A stretch of DNA of 64,000 bases from Octopus vulgaris (Eukaryota), in NCBI GenBank assembly GCA_951406725.2, contig OX597821.1, positions 16,802,001 through 16,866,000 of the forward strand, given 5' to 3'. Below, one piece after another: positions 49,846 to 64,000 of the stretch (the stretch's first letter is position 1; every line of letters starts with the position of its first letter). Under the pieces are notes generated by a model that saw only the letters and a list, made by a program, of their open reading frames with translations, was not told where the DNA came from and made no database searches. The position numbers were made by a program, and so were the translations under genes.

Positions 49846-51136
49846 TGTGTGCGCATGAGTGTGTGTGTGTGTGTCTGTGTGTTGTTGTTGTGTGTATGTG
49901 TTGTTGTTGTTGTTGTGTGTATGTGTTGTTGTTGTTGTGTGTGTGTGCATGTGTGTGTATCAGTATATGACTCGTTCATCAATATATATTAGCGCCAAAC
50001 ATAAGCGAGATGAGGGTTTACAAAATTATTTATGCAAACCAGGACCTAATGAAAACATCTAAGGTGAAGTCAAAGCATGAAAACAAACAGAAAAAATATT
50101 TCTTAACCTGCCATAGGTTGTTTAATGATTTCATAATATTTCGGGGGAAATTCCCCTTTTCGAAAACAAAAAAAGAATCTACAAAGACCGATGTGTATTA
50201 TTATTGGATGTTCATTGTATTATGTTGCTACAAAAGATATTGCATGAATTAACTAATAAAACTATGGATCACCAATTGCATTATTGTGTTATGGTATAGT
50301 AACTGTTTGTAAGCCCATTTTATATTTATAAGTTTGTGTCTTGTGGCTTGTTTTTAAAACTGTATCATCGTAATATTCGGTTTTATCTGCTTTACGCTAC
50401 CGTAGCCGAGGAAACTGAGGTCGATAGAATAAATATGATAGTTTTAAATACTGACTCAATTTGATCGACTAACCCATTCAAAGCGGTGTCCAAGTATGGC
50501 CGCTGATGAGTGCCTTGAACAAGTACGAAGGTAACAATAACCACAGTTTAAAAGTTCACTTCCAAGTATTTATCTCGCTCATGTATTTACATTCGACATT
50601 TTAACTAGCTTTCTTTAATTACACAGTGGTTCTCTTTTCTTCACTGAATTGGCAATTTTACTATAAAATTTTACATCGTTTTGGTCAAAGGTAATGGAAA
50701 GTAAAGTAGAAATATTTAACATTCAAACTAACAAATGGAAATATATTTAAAGCAAATTAAAGAGAAGAAAATACGTTGCTGGAAAACATACTTTAAGCCT
50801 AAAAAATTAGACGAAGAAAAAGCAATTCTGCATTACAGAAGAAATTTTAATTACTGATGTTAGTTTAATAGATTCTCTACAGATTCCTTTAATTACAAAA
50901 GAAATTAATAAAATAACAAAAGCAAACGGACATCGGCAAATAAATATAAATAACCTGTGGTAACGGTTGCCATGCCAGCAAACCTTAGAACTAATATCAA
51001 ATATCTTTATTAGTACATTTATTTGAATTAACGGCGGCTTGCAACCAAATATCCATCAAAACTATAATAAAACTCTTTGCTTTTCTATCTTGATTTCCGT
51101 TATATCATATGAGAAAAATAAATAAACAACGACAGC

Positions 51137-51173
<37 letters not shown>

Positions 51174-51499
51174 TTAGTAATGATGAAATTACTGAGACTA
51201 TGAGAACAGATCAGTGAGCAGAAAAGAAGGTATTTAGTTTAACACAAAAAGTGTTTATATATCTCTGCTTCACAGCACAAGATCATTGTCCTTTCATCTA
51301 TATTAATATTTTCATTTATATTAATATTTCTCAGTTATTTTAATTATTCAGGTCTTTAGTTCCAGTTGTTATTTTGCCAGAAATAAAAAAAAACATAACT
51401 GAAATTAAATTGTGAATAAAATAAATTTTTCAAGAATAACCAAAGACCTCAAAACCCTAAAATTTCTAACTAAACATTATCTATCTATTTACCTGTCTA

Positions 51500-51551
<52 letters not shown>

Positions 51552-51584
51552 CCTGTCTATCTGTATGTATGTCTGTCTGTCTGC

Positions 51585-51635
<51 letters not shown>

Positions 51636-52825
51636 CCCATATATATGTACATATATAATACATGCATATATATGTGTGTGTGTGTGTGTGTGTGTATGTG
51701 TGTGCGTATGCGTGTATATTCATACATATATACATGCATATATATATAAGGCACTTCATATATTTTCGATACCGTTCCCATATCATAAACCTATAAATGT
51801 ATTTAATATCGGCAGCATAATTGAATACACAATAAATTATATGGATTATATTTACCGGTCAAAAGAAATGCCACAATTGTCTAAAATAAAATTGAACTAT
51901 TGAAAATTAACCTTGTTTCAGTTATTAACGAAAAGTGCTTTCCCCCATCTTATTTTCGTTTCTCTTTTTTCTTTTTGTTTTCTTTTGCTTTAAATACGAC
52001 TGAAAATGATATTTAATCAATATTCAGAAATTTCTGTCGATAAGGTTTGGTCATGTATCAAAGCATGTATATACAGGCCTGAGCAGGCTTCATTTCTTTG
52101 TATGTGTTAATGCATTTAGATTAGCATTTAGAGAAAATACGCCACTTAAGAGCTGCTACAGCCTCGCTCCAGTGTTATCGCTGTTGGCATAACACTGAAT
52201 AGAAAGGACTACCACAGACTCTACAAGGTACCTCATCTGACGCTCTTCCAGTTCAGCTAATCCATTGTTTTAGATGGGTACATTATTATTGATCTCAAAA
52301 CAATAAATTTCACATTTGATCACACTAACCTAGCATATTAAATATATAAAACTAATATATTATAATGATCCAATGCAATGGATACGGTATTTAGTTACGA
52401 CCTTCACCATAATCTTTGCTTTTATACAATTGTTCATCTGCTGAAAGATTATCCTGTCATGATCTATGGCCGGTTTATTCAGCACAAGTATCGCGACTCA
52501 GATTTCTGGCCTTCTCATAACATACTTTTTGAGGCATAGATTAGCGTGTTAACAGAGAAGCTCAGCTAAAAATTATCATTAACGTTAATGAATCACAGCT
52601 TATATGTGTGACCTGGTTCACATTAGACTAATTCGAAAACATTGAAAGGTAAAATAACTGCATTCCTTTATCTCCAATTTATTTCCAAATTCGGATAGTA
52701 ATCTCACGCTTTAACCTACCATCTTGTTTATCTCTAAGTAACGATTATCCTTTCTTTTCGTTTATCAATGATTATATTGCCCACTGTGTAGTTCTAACTT
52801 TAAGACGAAGAATAGAGGTAATATA

Positions 52826-53300
52826 TAAGGACATCCCACAAGTTCTGTCCTATTTTACCTTTTTTTTTTAAATTGAATGAAATTTAATAGTATTTTAGAA
52901 TGCTTAATAGAATTCAAAATTATTTTATGCATTTGTGTACAATTAAACTAATTAAATATTAAATAATAGAATCAAAATTTCTTCGACTAAAACCCTTTCT
53001 AACATGGAAGTATCCAAAGAGCATTTGAGGTACAGAATGCTTTGTGAGTACAAAGATGGAAACTCTGCAGCCGAAGCGACTCAAATCATACAGTTTATGG
53101 TAAAGAATGCAAAATTCAGAAGTGGAGATTTCAGACTTCAAGATGAAGATCGAATAGGACGTCCAGTTGAGTTTGGTGATAAGCTCCTAGAGTCATTACT
53201 TGAAGAAAATCCTGGATTATCAATTAATGAATTGGCAATAAATCTCACTTCAAACCATACAACTTTTCATCGACATTTTCAACAACTTGGCGCATAACCT
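52826..53300 (+). mobile_element. mariner 5' relic (N-terminal HTH region)
   Basis: ORF 53004-53297 MEVSKEHLRYRML..GNSAAEA..FRSGDFRLQDEDRIGRP..ELAINL; internally deleted. Confidence 0.8.
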
Positions 53301-53411
53301 GAAAACCTGAAGTAATCACATAGATTTAAATTAGAAAACTGAATAATTTCTAAAAAGAAACAAGACTACATTATTAAAAGCAAACTGTTGTAGAAATTTG
53401 CGCAATTCTCA

Positions 53412-53440
<29 letters not shown>

Positions 53441-53443
<3 letters not shown>

Positions 53444-53921
53444 CGTTATATTTCGGAATGGTCATATTGCCAGTTTAGCCAATAAAAACACACGCACTAT
53501 ATATTTGGTGTTATTTTGCTTCAGTGTTATTTATTTTTTACATTAATCTTAATATTATTTCTTTCGTCACACTCCTGTGACTGCATCAGGATCCTTTGTT
53601 TTCTTCTTTCTTATTTGTGTCTCTCCTTACTAACCGTCTGAGAAATACAAAATGGCTGACGGTTAGTAAGGAGAGACACAAATAAGAAAGAAGAAAACAA
53701 AGGACCCCTGATGCAGTCACAGGAGTGTGACGAAAGAACTCTGGCCGAAATAAGATTAAGATTAATGTAAAAAATAAATAACACTGAAGCAAAATAACAC
53801 CAAATATATAGTGCGTGTGTTTTTATTGGCTAAACTGGCAATATGACCATTCCGAAATATAACAATATCTGTTTCAACACACGACTTTACATAAAAAATC
53901 TTGCACAACAAATATTTAAAC
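53441..53921. mobile_element. PLE-type fold-back insertion in (TA)n with hammerhead-like motif (53708-53741)
   Basis: Arms 53441-53638 / 53658-53868, 19-nt spacer, ~50-nt tail on the right; CTGATGCA-GTCAC-aggagt-GTGAC-GAAA-GAAC-TC. Confidence 0.75.
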
Positions 53922-53963
<42 letters not shown>

Positions 53964-54221
53964 CGAAACGCGGATTAGATGAAACAGGGACAACTGAAGA
54001 AGGGGGATATTCTTTATGTTGTATGTCTCGTTTCTCTGGGTTTTTTTTATTTTTCGTTGTTTGAAAAAAAGCTCGATTCTATGTCTTTCTTTTTATGTTT
54101 TCGTTTCTCATTGTGTTCAACATTTTTTTTATATCCTGTACCCATATATGCATGTATATATACATATATATGCATGTATGTACATATATGTATGTGTATA
54201 TGCATATATTCATATATTATT

Positions 54222-54268
<47 letters not shown>

Positions 54269-54366
54269 GAAAAAGAGGGAGAGCTAGATAGAGGGATATA
54301 TGTGTGTGTATATATATATATATATACATATGTATGTATATAACTGCATGCATACATATATGTATG

Positions 54367-54408
<42 letters not shown>

Positions 54409-55292
54409 TGACATACATTCATGCGTACATACATACGTAGACATATGCACACATACAGAAACACACATAGCCACACACACACACACACACTCAAACATAT
54501 AAGCATCTATTTAATCAGCTATCTCGCTCTATGTATGTAGGAATGTATGTATGTATGTATGTATGTATGTATTTATGTATGTATGTATGCATGTGTGTTT
54601 GTCGTGAAAGTGTTCCTATTCGAGCTTTGAATACACATTGTCAACGATTGCTCATTAAGTCGAAGTTTATTGTCAGTCTCTATGGTTTTATGTAGTTGAG
54701 AAAATATTTTTAATAGTAATAAATCGCTTCCTATTGCATGCAGTTTGCCATAAAACTCGCACACATTCAGTGAATATCATAAACTAACAACATGTATAAA
54801 TAATGTCTTGCCTGGCTATTTAAGTGGTAATGGTCTCACGGTCCATATTTTACTGAATAAAACATTACGGTCTTACATCATGTAAATTGGCCTCCATCCA
54901 TCCCTCCTATCAATCCGTCGATCTTTCCTTTCATCAATCCGTTAATTCCATCCATCTGCCCGTCCATCTATATGTATTTGTTCGAGTATACACACATACA
55001 AAGTACATACCTCCATTCCTTCATATATATACATATATAGATAGATAGATACATGCAGAGTACTTATATGCTTTCATACTTACGTTTTCAATACATTTAC
55101 ACCTACCTCCATATATCTATCTATCTATATATATGATTTTTCCAGTTTCAGCTAATGAGCTGTGGCCATGCTGGGGCGGGGCACCGCCATATATATATAT
55201 ATATATATATAGGTCAGTAGTTCATATATCCGAGAAAGAACATCAGAGTAGTAATATATTTAGAAGGATGATTTTTTTATGTCCAGTCAGAG

Positions 55293-55925
55293 CAGTGCTT
55301 TTCAAACTTTTTGCTGGAGTGGAACCCCAAGGAAACATTCCATTGGCTCGAGGAACCCCTGTGCAATAATTTAATAGTCTTATGCACACATAGGCGCAGG
55401 AGTGGCTGTGTGGTAAGTAGCTTGCTAACCAACCACATGGTTTCGGGTTCAGTCCTACTGCGTGGCATCTTGGGCAAGTGTCTTCTGCTATAGCCCCGGG
55501 CCGACCAATGCCTTGTGAGTGGATTTGGTAGACGGAAACTGAAAGAAGCCTGTCGTATATATGTGTATATATATATATATGTATGTGTGTGTTTGTGTGT
55601 CTGTGTTTGTCCCCCTAGCATTGCTTGACAACCGATGCTGGTGTGTTTATGTCCCCGTTACTTAGCGGTTCGGCAAAAGAGACCGATAGAATAAGTACTG
55701 GGCTTACAAAAGAATAAGTCCCGGGGTCGAGTTACTCGATTAAAGGCGGTGCTCCAGCATGGCCGCAGTCAAATGACTGAAACAAGTAAAAGAGTAAAAG
55801 AGTATATCTGCACAGGAGAATTAAAAATTACTGCTGATTTTAGCAGTTTTGTAACTTGTTGCGGAACCCCTGGACTGTACTGGCGGAACCCTAAGGTTCC
55901 GCGGAACCCTGATTGAAAACCACTG
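55293..55925. mobile_element. hAT-family MITE with nested SINE
   Basis: TIRs CAGTGCTTTTCAA / TTGAAAACCACTG; exact 8-bp TSD AGTCAGAG at 55285-55292 and 55926-55933; subterminal GCGGAACCC repeats. Confidence 0.9.
55392..55803 (+). mobile_element. SINE family A, full length, inside the hAT MITE
   Basis: Complete head, body and AAGTAAAAGAGTAAAAGAG tail. Confidence 0.92.
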
Positions 55926-56153
55926 AGTCAGAGAGTAAAGGTTGGTTTCGCACCTATAGACCACTATTCTATATAGTCGACTGATTCAAGTCAAATAGCT
56001 GCAGGCTTATAGACTCTCTACAGGATCAGTAGAGAGGCAATGTGCCTCTGGCTATTCATGGCTGACTAGTTGCCTGTGCAGCTACGCGGTTTATATGTGC
56101 GAAAACGACGGTCTCTCTATGACCGGCCATAACAAACTGCCTTTTGTGTATAT

Positions 56154-56207
<54 letters not shown>

Positions 56208-56330
56208 GAAGGTTTGAAAATGCAATTTTAAAGATGTTTATTCATTTGAATAAACAACTTTACAATTGCATCTTCCAACCTTCTTTCATATATATTTCCA
56301 TGCGTACGGTATCTTACAACTTTAGTTCAT

Positions 56331-56393
<63 letters not shown>

Positions 56394-56594
56394 ATACATA
56401 CATACATACATACATACATACATACATACATACATACATACATACATACATACATACATACATACATAGAATTTCCCGACGGGAAACATTTTAAGTATGC
56501 AAAATAATGTTCCTACTCTGTTATGCCAGCCACTTTCTAATGATGCTGACTGGTGTACCAGTTTTTCAGGATTACATCGGCGATTATTGTTGTT

Positions 56595-56955
56595 ATTAGC
56601 AGCCGGGCGAAATGCTTAGAGGTATCAGTCTGCCGCTACGTTCTGAGTTCAAATTCCTCCGAGGTCGTCGACTTTGTCTTTCATCCTTTCGGGGTCGATA
56701 ATTTAATTACCAGTTACGCACTGGGGTCGATATAATCGACTTAATCCGTTTGTCCTCTCTGTGTTTAGCCCCTTGTGGGTAGTAAAGAAATAAGTATTTT
56801 GTGTGCCGCTACGTTCTGAGTTCAAATTCTGCCGAGGTTGACTTTGCCTTCTATCCTTTCGGGGGTCGATGAATTAAGCAGCAGTAAAACACTGCAGTCG
56901 ATGTAAGCGACAAGACCCAAAAAATTCAAGCCTTCTTACCATAGTAAAAAGGAAG
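56595..56955 (+). mobile_element. SINE family D with partial tandem duplication
   Basis: gccgctacgttctgagttcaaatt block occurs twice (~56632 and ~56805). Confidence 0.8.
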
Positions 56956-56967
56956 ATGATTACTAAT

Positions 56968-57023
<56 letters not shown>

Positions 57024-58013
57024 TACATATATATATAAGTAATGATAGAGAAGGAAAATAGAATCATTTGTTGTATGCAGTGAACGTGCTTCATCGGCTT
57101 ACTACTAGGAACATACCCTATATATACAAACATAGGTAAATACGTATGCACACAAAATGTTGCCCACACATACATGCATATAAATGACTATATAATATAT
57201 ATAGTTAGATATGTGACACGTAAATGTATGGGTTTATGGGGGGGGGTGTAAGAATTTGCGAATACGTTAATCTTTTATCCGTTATCTTGTACGTGTTTCA
57301 GTTACTGGACTGAAGCCATTCTGCGTCACCACACTAAGGGATTTTTTTATGGAAAGAATTGAGCCTAACACATATTTTCAGACGGCTAGATTACACAGGC
57401 TAAACAAACCAGAACAGGTTGACAAACATAAACACAAACACAGACACAAATACTTTTTGCATATGCGAGTATCTATAAGACGGGCTTCTTTCAGTTTCTG
57501 TCAAACAATTCATTAATAACACAAAACGTTTTCAACGGCACTTTCCCAGTGTACCACGGAATCATGTCTTTGAGAAGCAAACTTCTCATCGTCTCTACAC
57601 GTGTATGTTCTGACTGAATATCTCCAATGCCATTCATGTATATACAAATATATCAGAATCTATATCGCAGTATAAGAGATGATTATTATGACTGATCCAC
57701 CAATGAATTTTCCTCGTTAACTGAATAGCCTTCTAATTAATTTAGATTGGATGCCACTAAATGCACTTCCCCAAAATAGATAGCGTCAAGTAAAAGGATA
57801 ATTAATTAATATTAATTTATTACTGATTAATTGAATTAATTAACTTTTCAATCAATAACGTGAGCTACGAAGCGATGTCTCTGAAAAGTGCAATCTTTTC
57901 CGCTCTATAAGCAGTCCTTACTCTGTTAAAATGGATATATGCGTGTTGATGGCTAAGCACGCGTGATTGTGTCTCTATGTAATCAGTCACATCTGGGTCT
58001 GTGCGTTTGAGCC

Positions 58014-59810
58014 TGCATGTTAAAATCCATGTTAAACCTATACAAAGAAGGACACACCGACAAAGAATATGACTATATAACCAATTTCACAAGTAAAACC
58101 AGCCAATTCTACGGTATCCCAAAGATACACAAAAGTGAGAAAATAAGTAACGCATGCAAGATAGCCACAGACAAAATAATTAAAGTCCCTAATCCTAATG
58201 ACCTCAAATTGAGACCTATAATAGCAGGTCACGCATGTGAAACCCACCGCCTTAGTAACTTTTTAGATACCCTCTTAAAACCACTCCTTCAACATGTCAA
58301 AAGCTATATAAGGGACTACCTGGATATGCTCAATCACCTGCCTAAAACAATAAACAAAAACACCCTACTAGTATCCTTCGATGTAGTCAACCTCTATTCC
58401 AATATCCCCCAAAACCTAGGAATAGAGGCAATTCAATTCTGACTAGAGAATTACGCCAACGAACTTCCACATCGCATCAAAAAATAATTCCTAATAGAAG
58501 GGCTTAAATCCATCCTGGAAAATAGCTACTTCGACCTCAAAGACAACTTCTACCGACAAAAATCGGGGACTGCGATGGGTACACGAATGGCCCCCTCCTT
58601 TGCCAACCTAGTCATAGGATATCTAGAAATAAGTCTGTATCGTAAGATTCTAGAAAGATATGACAGCCCTTTCTCCCTCTACATAGAAAACAACTGGAAG
58701 AGATAACTAGATGAGTGTTTCATTCTTTGGCATGAAAATATAGAGAAACTTAAAGAATTCCAAGCACTTTTAAATGGACTGGACGAAGACATCCAATTCA
58801 CGATGGAATATAGCCAGCAACAACCCCCCTTCGACATCCTCATTAAGAAATCTAATAACGTAATAGAAACAGATATATAATATAAGCCTACGAATTCCAA
58901 GCAATATCTACCATTCAATTCATGCCACCCCAGACACACCAGAATGAATATCCCCTTCAATCTAGCAAAAAGGATATGTACTATAGTTTCTAATGCAAAC
59001 ACCAGAGACACACAACTACATGAACTAAAAGATACACTCATCACCAGGAACTACCTCCCTTCACTAATTGACATATGCATTCAACGTGCCCGTCAACTCA
59101 ATGTCCACGAACTCAGACATCCCAAATTAAAGAAAAATTTACAACCAAAAGCCCTACCATACATCTACACACACAACCCTCTCAACAATGAAGCCTTCGA
59201 CACCATCCTCCAAAACATACCCCTGCTAAAAATGGACCACATAATGAACTTAACCCTCCAAACACACACCATCATAAAAAGCAAGAGACAGCCCAAATCT
59301 ATGAAAAGTCTCCTAACACAAGCCCGAATACGCTCAACAACACAGAAGCCGACAGTAAAAAAATGTGGAAGACCCAATTGTGGAATATGCGATTTTCTAA
59401 TTGAGGGATCAGAGTTCTCCTTCAAACAGAGACGTTTCACAGTGAAAAGCAACTTCACATGTGCTTCAGAAAACCTGATATACACATTAACCTGCTTTGG
59501 GTGTCAAGAGTAATACATAGGCCAAACAAAAAATAGTCTACGTAAAAGAATGGTCCTGCACAGATCACAGATAAAAATTCCCCAAAACAGAAAAATAGCA
59601 TTCAGCCAACACATAGACATTAGCGCCAACAACAAAAATCCAAGCTTTAGGATTTTTCCCCTCTACCAATTCAGGGACGATGCAACCTGGAGCCAACGAA
59701 TTGGTAAGGAAACTCACTTCATTACAAAATACAGGCCCCTTCTGAACGCCTCTACGACAAACAACATACCTACCTCGGCCTTGGAATCGCACAAATACAC
59801 ACGCAAATAA
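58014..59810 (+). pseudogene. Penelope-like element ORF (RT plus GIY-YIG endonuclease, Neptune-like), 5'-truncated and disrupted
   Basis: FYGIPKIHK, LRPIIA, SFDVVNLYSNIP, GTAMGTRMAPSFANL, WKR*LDECF, NIPFNLAKRICTIVS, linker CGRPNCGIC, NLIYTLTCFGCQE*YIGQTKNSLRKRM..H..H; several stops and a frameshift. Confidence 0.92.
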
Positions 59811-60514
59811 GTATAAATAGACCGAAAGAAATGAGTTATAGCGATTTGTATTTTGTGGAAAATGATATTGTTAGCAGAGAATACCAAATTCCAGGATAAA
59901 ACAACGTTATAACTGGATGAGAAGGTGACAAGAGGCACATTTGTCCAATGAATCTTACGTTTGGATTGAAATAGATAATAGGGTTGCCAGAATTCACTAA
60001 CAATTACTAACACATCATTTGGCAATTGGAAACTTTTCCTCATTCATTATTTCACTTCTGACTGTCTTTTTAAGTTGTGAAATGATACGAAAATAACAAT
60101 AACAAGAACAGCAACACGAATAGTACTTAAATTTGCATATTGATTCTGAAAGTGAGAATAGTAGAGAATTAATTTGAGCAATGGTTGAAATAGAACAGTA
60201 GTTACGAAATGAAATATTAATGGTAGTTGGAATGGAAAGTTTGAGAGAAATTGAATTTCTTTGATCTTGAAATCTCTAGAATACAGACAATTTAAGGAGA
60301 TTATTCTCATATGTTATAAGACTGTTTGTATGAAGATGTGAATATGATATTCTTAACGAACACGTTCTCATGAACATTTTCCTCAAGAACGTCCTTGGCC
60401 TCCAAAAATGTTTGTGAGAACATCCTTGAACTCCGCTTCAAAGTTCATATAAAAAATTTCACGTACACTGCCAAAACTGCTCCGAATTTCAATTTACTCT
60501 TCTCAAAGTATATA

Positions 60515-60925
60515 TACTCTTTACTCTTTTTACTCTTTTACTTGTTTCAGTCATTTGACTGCGGCCTTGCTGGAGCACCGCCTTTAATCGAGCAACTCGA
60601 ACCCGGGACTTATTCTTTTGTTAGCCCAGTACTTATTTTATCGGTTTCTTTTGCCGAACCGCTAGGTAACGGGGACATAAACACACCAGCAGCGGTTGTC
60701 AAGCAATGCTAGGGGGACTAACACAGACACACAAATATACACACACACACACATATATAATACGACGGGCTTCTTTCAGTTTCCGTCTACCAAATCCACT
60801 CACAAGGCTTTGGTTGGCCCGAGGCTATAGTAGAAGACACTTGTCCAAGGTGCCACGCAGTGGGACTGAACCCAGAACCATGTGGTTGGTAAACAAGCTA
60901 CTTACCACACAGCCACTCCTGTGCC
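60515..60925 (-). mobile_element. SINE family A, full length
   Basis: Reverse complement of family A, head ccacacagccactcctgtgcct. Confidence 0.9.
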
Positions 60926-61269
60926 TATATATGAAAATAAAATTCTGAATGCCTTCAAAAATTCTATTGCGTGACCAATGATCATATTTTCAAGATAAAG
61001 TATCCGTACATTATAAATTGGTGTTGATAATGCTGCAGGAAATATTGTGTATGACCTTCAATGAAGATAAAAAAACTTAGACATCGGTTCCAGCGCTATT
61101 ATGTAATTCAAGAAGGTTAGTGATATCAAGTAACTTGGATCTTAAGGTATTGACACAAATCATGATTACTTTATTTGGAAAGGACAAGTATGTGTACTTG
61201 AAATATGCTTCATAAAAGCAACCAATAAAGTATTTCAGTCATGGCTTTCTTTGGGCTGTTGTTGTTGTT

Positions 61270-62202
61270 GTTGTACAACCTAGAAGATGATCCTCGTCCT
61301 AGAAGTTCTGTAGATCTTAATGAGGACATCCTGTAAACCCTGGTGGAACAAAATCCTATCGTAAGTGTTGAGAAACTAGCAGAAAAGCTTAGAGCTGCTC
61401 ATTCAATCATTCATTGAGACCTGCGTGCCATCGGAAAAGTCAGCAAATTGAGTCAATGGGTTCCTCGAATCGCGCGCAGAGAGTAAATGTGTGCTCTCTT
61501 TTGCTCTCACGTCGCAGTTACGAACCTCTTTGGAATCGAACAGTGACTAGTGATGAGAAATGGGTTCTCTATAAAAATGTCAAGCGCTGAAGACAGTGGG
61601 TAGGGCAAGGAGGAACACCGGCACCCCCGGCTAAAGAAGGTCTTCAGCCACGTAAGGTTTTGTAATATGTTTCTTGGGATATGGAACATTTAGTCCACTT
61701 TGAGCTTTTAAACCGAAATCAAATGATAACAAAGAAGATCTACAGCGAGCAGCTTGAGTGGCTTAAGTGAGCGCTAGAAGAAAAACGACCATCTTTGGTT
61801 TTAAGATGTATGTTGTCCTTCCATAAGGATAATGCTCGGCCACATACAGCGATGTTGATATTTCAAAGGCTGAAGCAGTTGGAATGGGAAACGATACCCC
61901 ACCCACCATATTCACCGAACATTGACCCATCTGATTGTCATATATTCTGCAGGCTTCAAAATCATTTGGACGGAAATAAATAGAATTCCGTAGATGAAGT
62001 CGGAACAGTACTGAGGGAATAGTTTTCCGTTACAGACAAGTAAATTGTGGAAGACGGGCTTTCAAGTCTACCAGACAGATGGAAGTGCATTGTAGAAAAT
62101 GAAGGAGAGTATATTTTAAATCTAAAAAGAACTTTGTTTATCATAATTTTGAAAAAAATAAAAGTAAAAAACAACGCATTATTATGGGCTGCCAAACAAA
62201 TA
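61270..62202 (+). mobile_element. mariner (DD34D) transposase relic with 3' end
   Basis: [53 protein letters not shown]; multiple stops. Confidence 0.88.
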
Positions 62203-62211
62203 TACATATAT

Positions 62212-62262
<51 letters not shown>

Positions 62263-62311
62263 TACATGCATATATATATATAATGTGTGCATCTATATAC
62301 ATGTACATATG

Positions 62312-62346
<35 letters not shown>

Positions 62347-62359
62347 ATACACATACATA

Positions 62360-63110
62360 CAGAGGGACAAAATAAAGGAAACACCTTAAAATGTCAAGCA
62401 AATATATTTTAATATGGAGTAGGACCGCGTTTAGCAACAATTACACCGTGAATTCTACGAGGTATGGACTCATACAAAGTTTGAATTGTTTCCAAAGAAA
62501 TTTTTATCCATTCTTCAGCTAAAACAGTCTCCAGTTCTTGTAGTGACTATGGTGGAGGATATCGATTCCTTACTTGTTATTCTAAAATGCACCATAAATG
62601 TTCAATAATATTGAGATCTAGGGACTGTGTTGGCCAGATAAAATCTTCAACTTCACTGGAATGTTTCTTGTGCCATTCAGTATCAACTTTAGCTGTGTGA
62701 ATTGGTGCATTATCATCCTGAAAGATTGCGTTTCCCTTTGGAAGCAGTTCCGCAACCATAAGATGAATTTGATCAGATATAATACTTAAATAGTCTTGAC
62801 TATTTATTCTGCCACGAAGGGAAATCATTGGGTCAGCGGATTTCCAAGATACAGTCCCACAAATCATCACAGATCCTCATCCATGGTAACAGTTAAAAGA
62901 AGGCAATCCTGGTTCAAATGCTTCGTTTTGCTGTCTCCACACGTATACTCGGCCAGTGGTCGGAAATAAGGTAAAAGGATGACTCGTCCGAGAAAGTAAC
63001 ATTCTTCCACAACTCTAGGGACCAATTTTGCAGGTTCTTACACCACTCGAAACGCTTTACTACGTTTGTTTTTGAAAGATGTGGAATATGGACCACGGCA
63101 CACAGATACA
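62360..63110 (-). mobile_element. Tc1-like (DD34E) transposase relic with one terminus
   Basis: VTFSDESSF, FQDDNAPIH, WPTQSLDLNIIEHLW; terminus TA-CAGAGGGACAAAATAAAGGAAACACC. Confidence 0.88.
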
Positions 63111-63894
63111 CAGGTAGTGAGCGAAATACGCTCAGGCAAATATAAAAATGGACGAAGAGACAGGAAAGTCGGAGGGAAAGAGAACTTGAAATAATCTATT
63201 GTTTTGTGAAAATGCGACACTTTAACCTCTGACTAGCCACGCCTCCTTATCTAAAAGTGGAACTAATTTTATTGTCTACAACTAACATTCTTGCAATGAC
63301 CCTGTCAAGAAAATTATTCAGCTGCATTCTCCATCACCACCTATGCATATCATATTAAACTGATTATGTAATCGTTGAAGAGTAAGTTTTCGATTTGATA
63401 TTAGATAAAACGTTGTGGTTAATATGAAGCCGTCTGAAATTATTATATCTAAAAACTCAATTAATCATTAAAAGTAAATCGGTTGTAGACTGAAATTTCA
63501 GATAAATCATGGCACTTCATTTCATTTTGACCAAAGCTGTATATTAGTAATGCCGATACGTGAAAGATGATCTCAGATAGTCCTATCAGTCATGGTATAA
63601 CTGAGAGAATTTATTAAATATGGTTCTTTATAATTACAACCTTCATCACTGGTTTATGAGAAAATTATTGTAATGTAAACACTTGCTTTCGTACTCACGA
63701 TGTTTCTAAAATGATCAGGGAAACTGGTAAAATTCCTTTCGTCTAATCTTAGAATGATGTTCATGTCTAAAGAAGTTGTCCGATTCCCTTGACAACACTT
63801 TGACCTTTTGTATCCAAAGCACATTTTGACTCAATATTTAGACACTAATATCTAGAGCTCTTCATCTCTCTCTCTCTCTCTCTCTCTTTCTCCG

Positions 63895-63956
<62 letters not shown>

Positions 63957-64000
63957 GCATGTGTGTATATATATATATGTATATACATATATATACACAT

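Overview
AT-rich, microsatellite-saturated eukaryotic DNA with no recognisable host gene. The SINE repertoire and (TA)n/(GATA)n/(CAT)n density suggest an octopus genome (inference, not verified). Recognisable elements: a near full-length but disabled L1/Tx1-type LINE inserted in a tRNA-derived SINE head (21.7-27.2 kb); a 5'-truncated Penelope-like element (PLE, Neptune-type RT plus GIY-YIG, 58.0-59.8 kb); an RTE 3' fragment; mariner and Tc1 relics; non-autonomous Helitrons; a hAT MITE; and about 20 SINE copies. The main finding is a set of about ten small non-coding insertions at (TA)n tracts. They form fold-back and/or tandem structures, carry canonical or variant type I hammerhead ribozymes, and include 530-nt and 571-nt monomers repeated head-to-tail. 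Four sequence-divergent families share a 3' RNA fold: an enclosing helix around a 73-78-nt loop holding a hairpin, a TA-rich tract and usually a second hairpin. The junction with the genomic (TA)n falls in that TA-rich tract, which is reminiscent of a telomerase RNA template domain. All structures were read by eye; coordinates of degenerate repeats are approximate.
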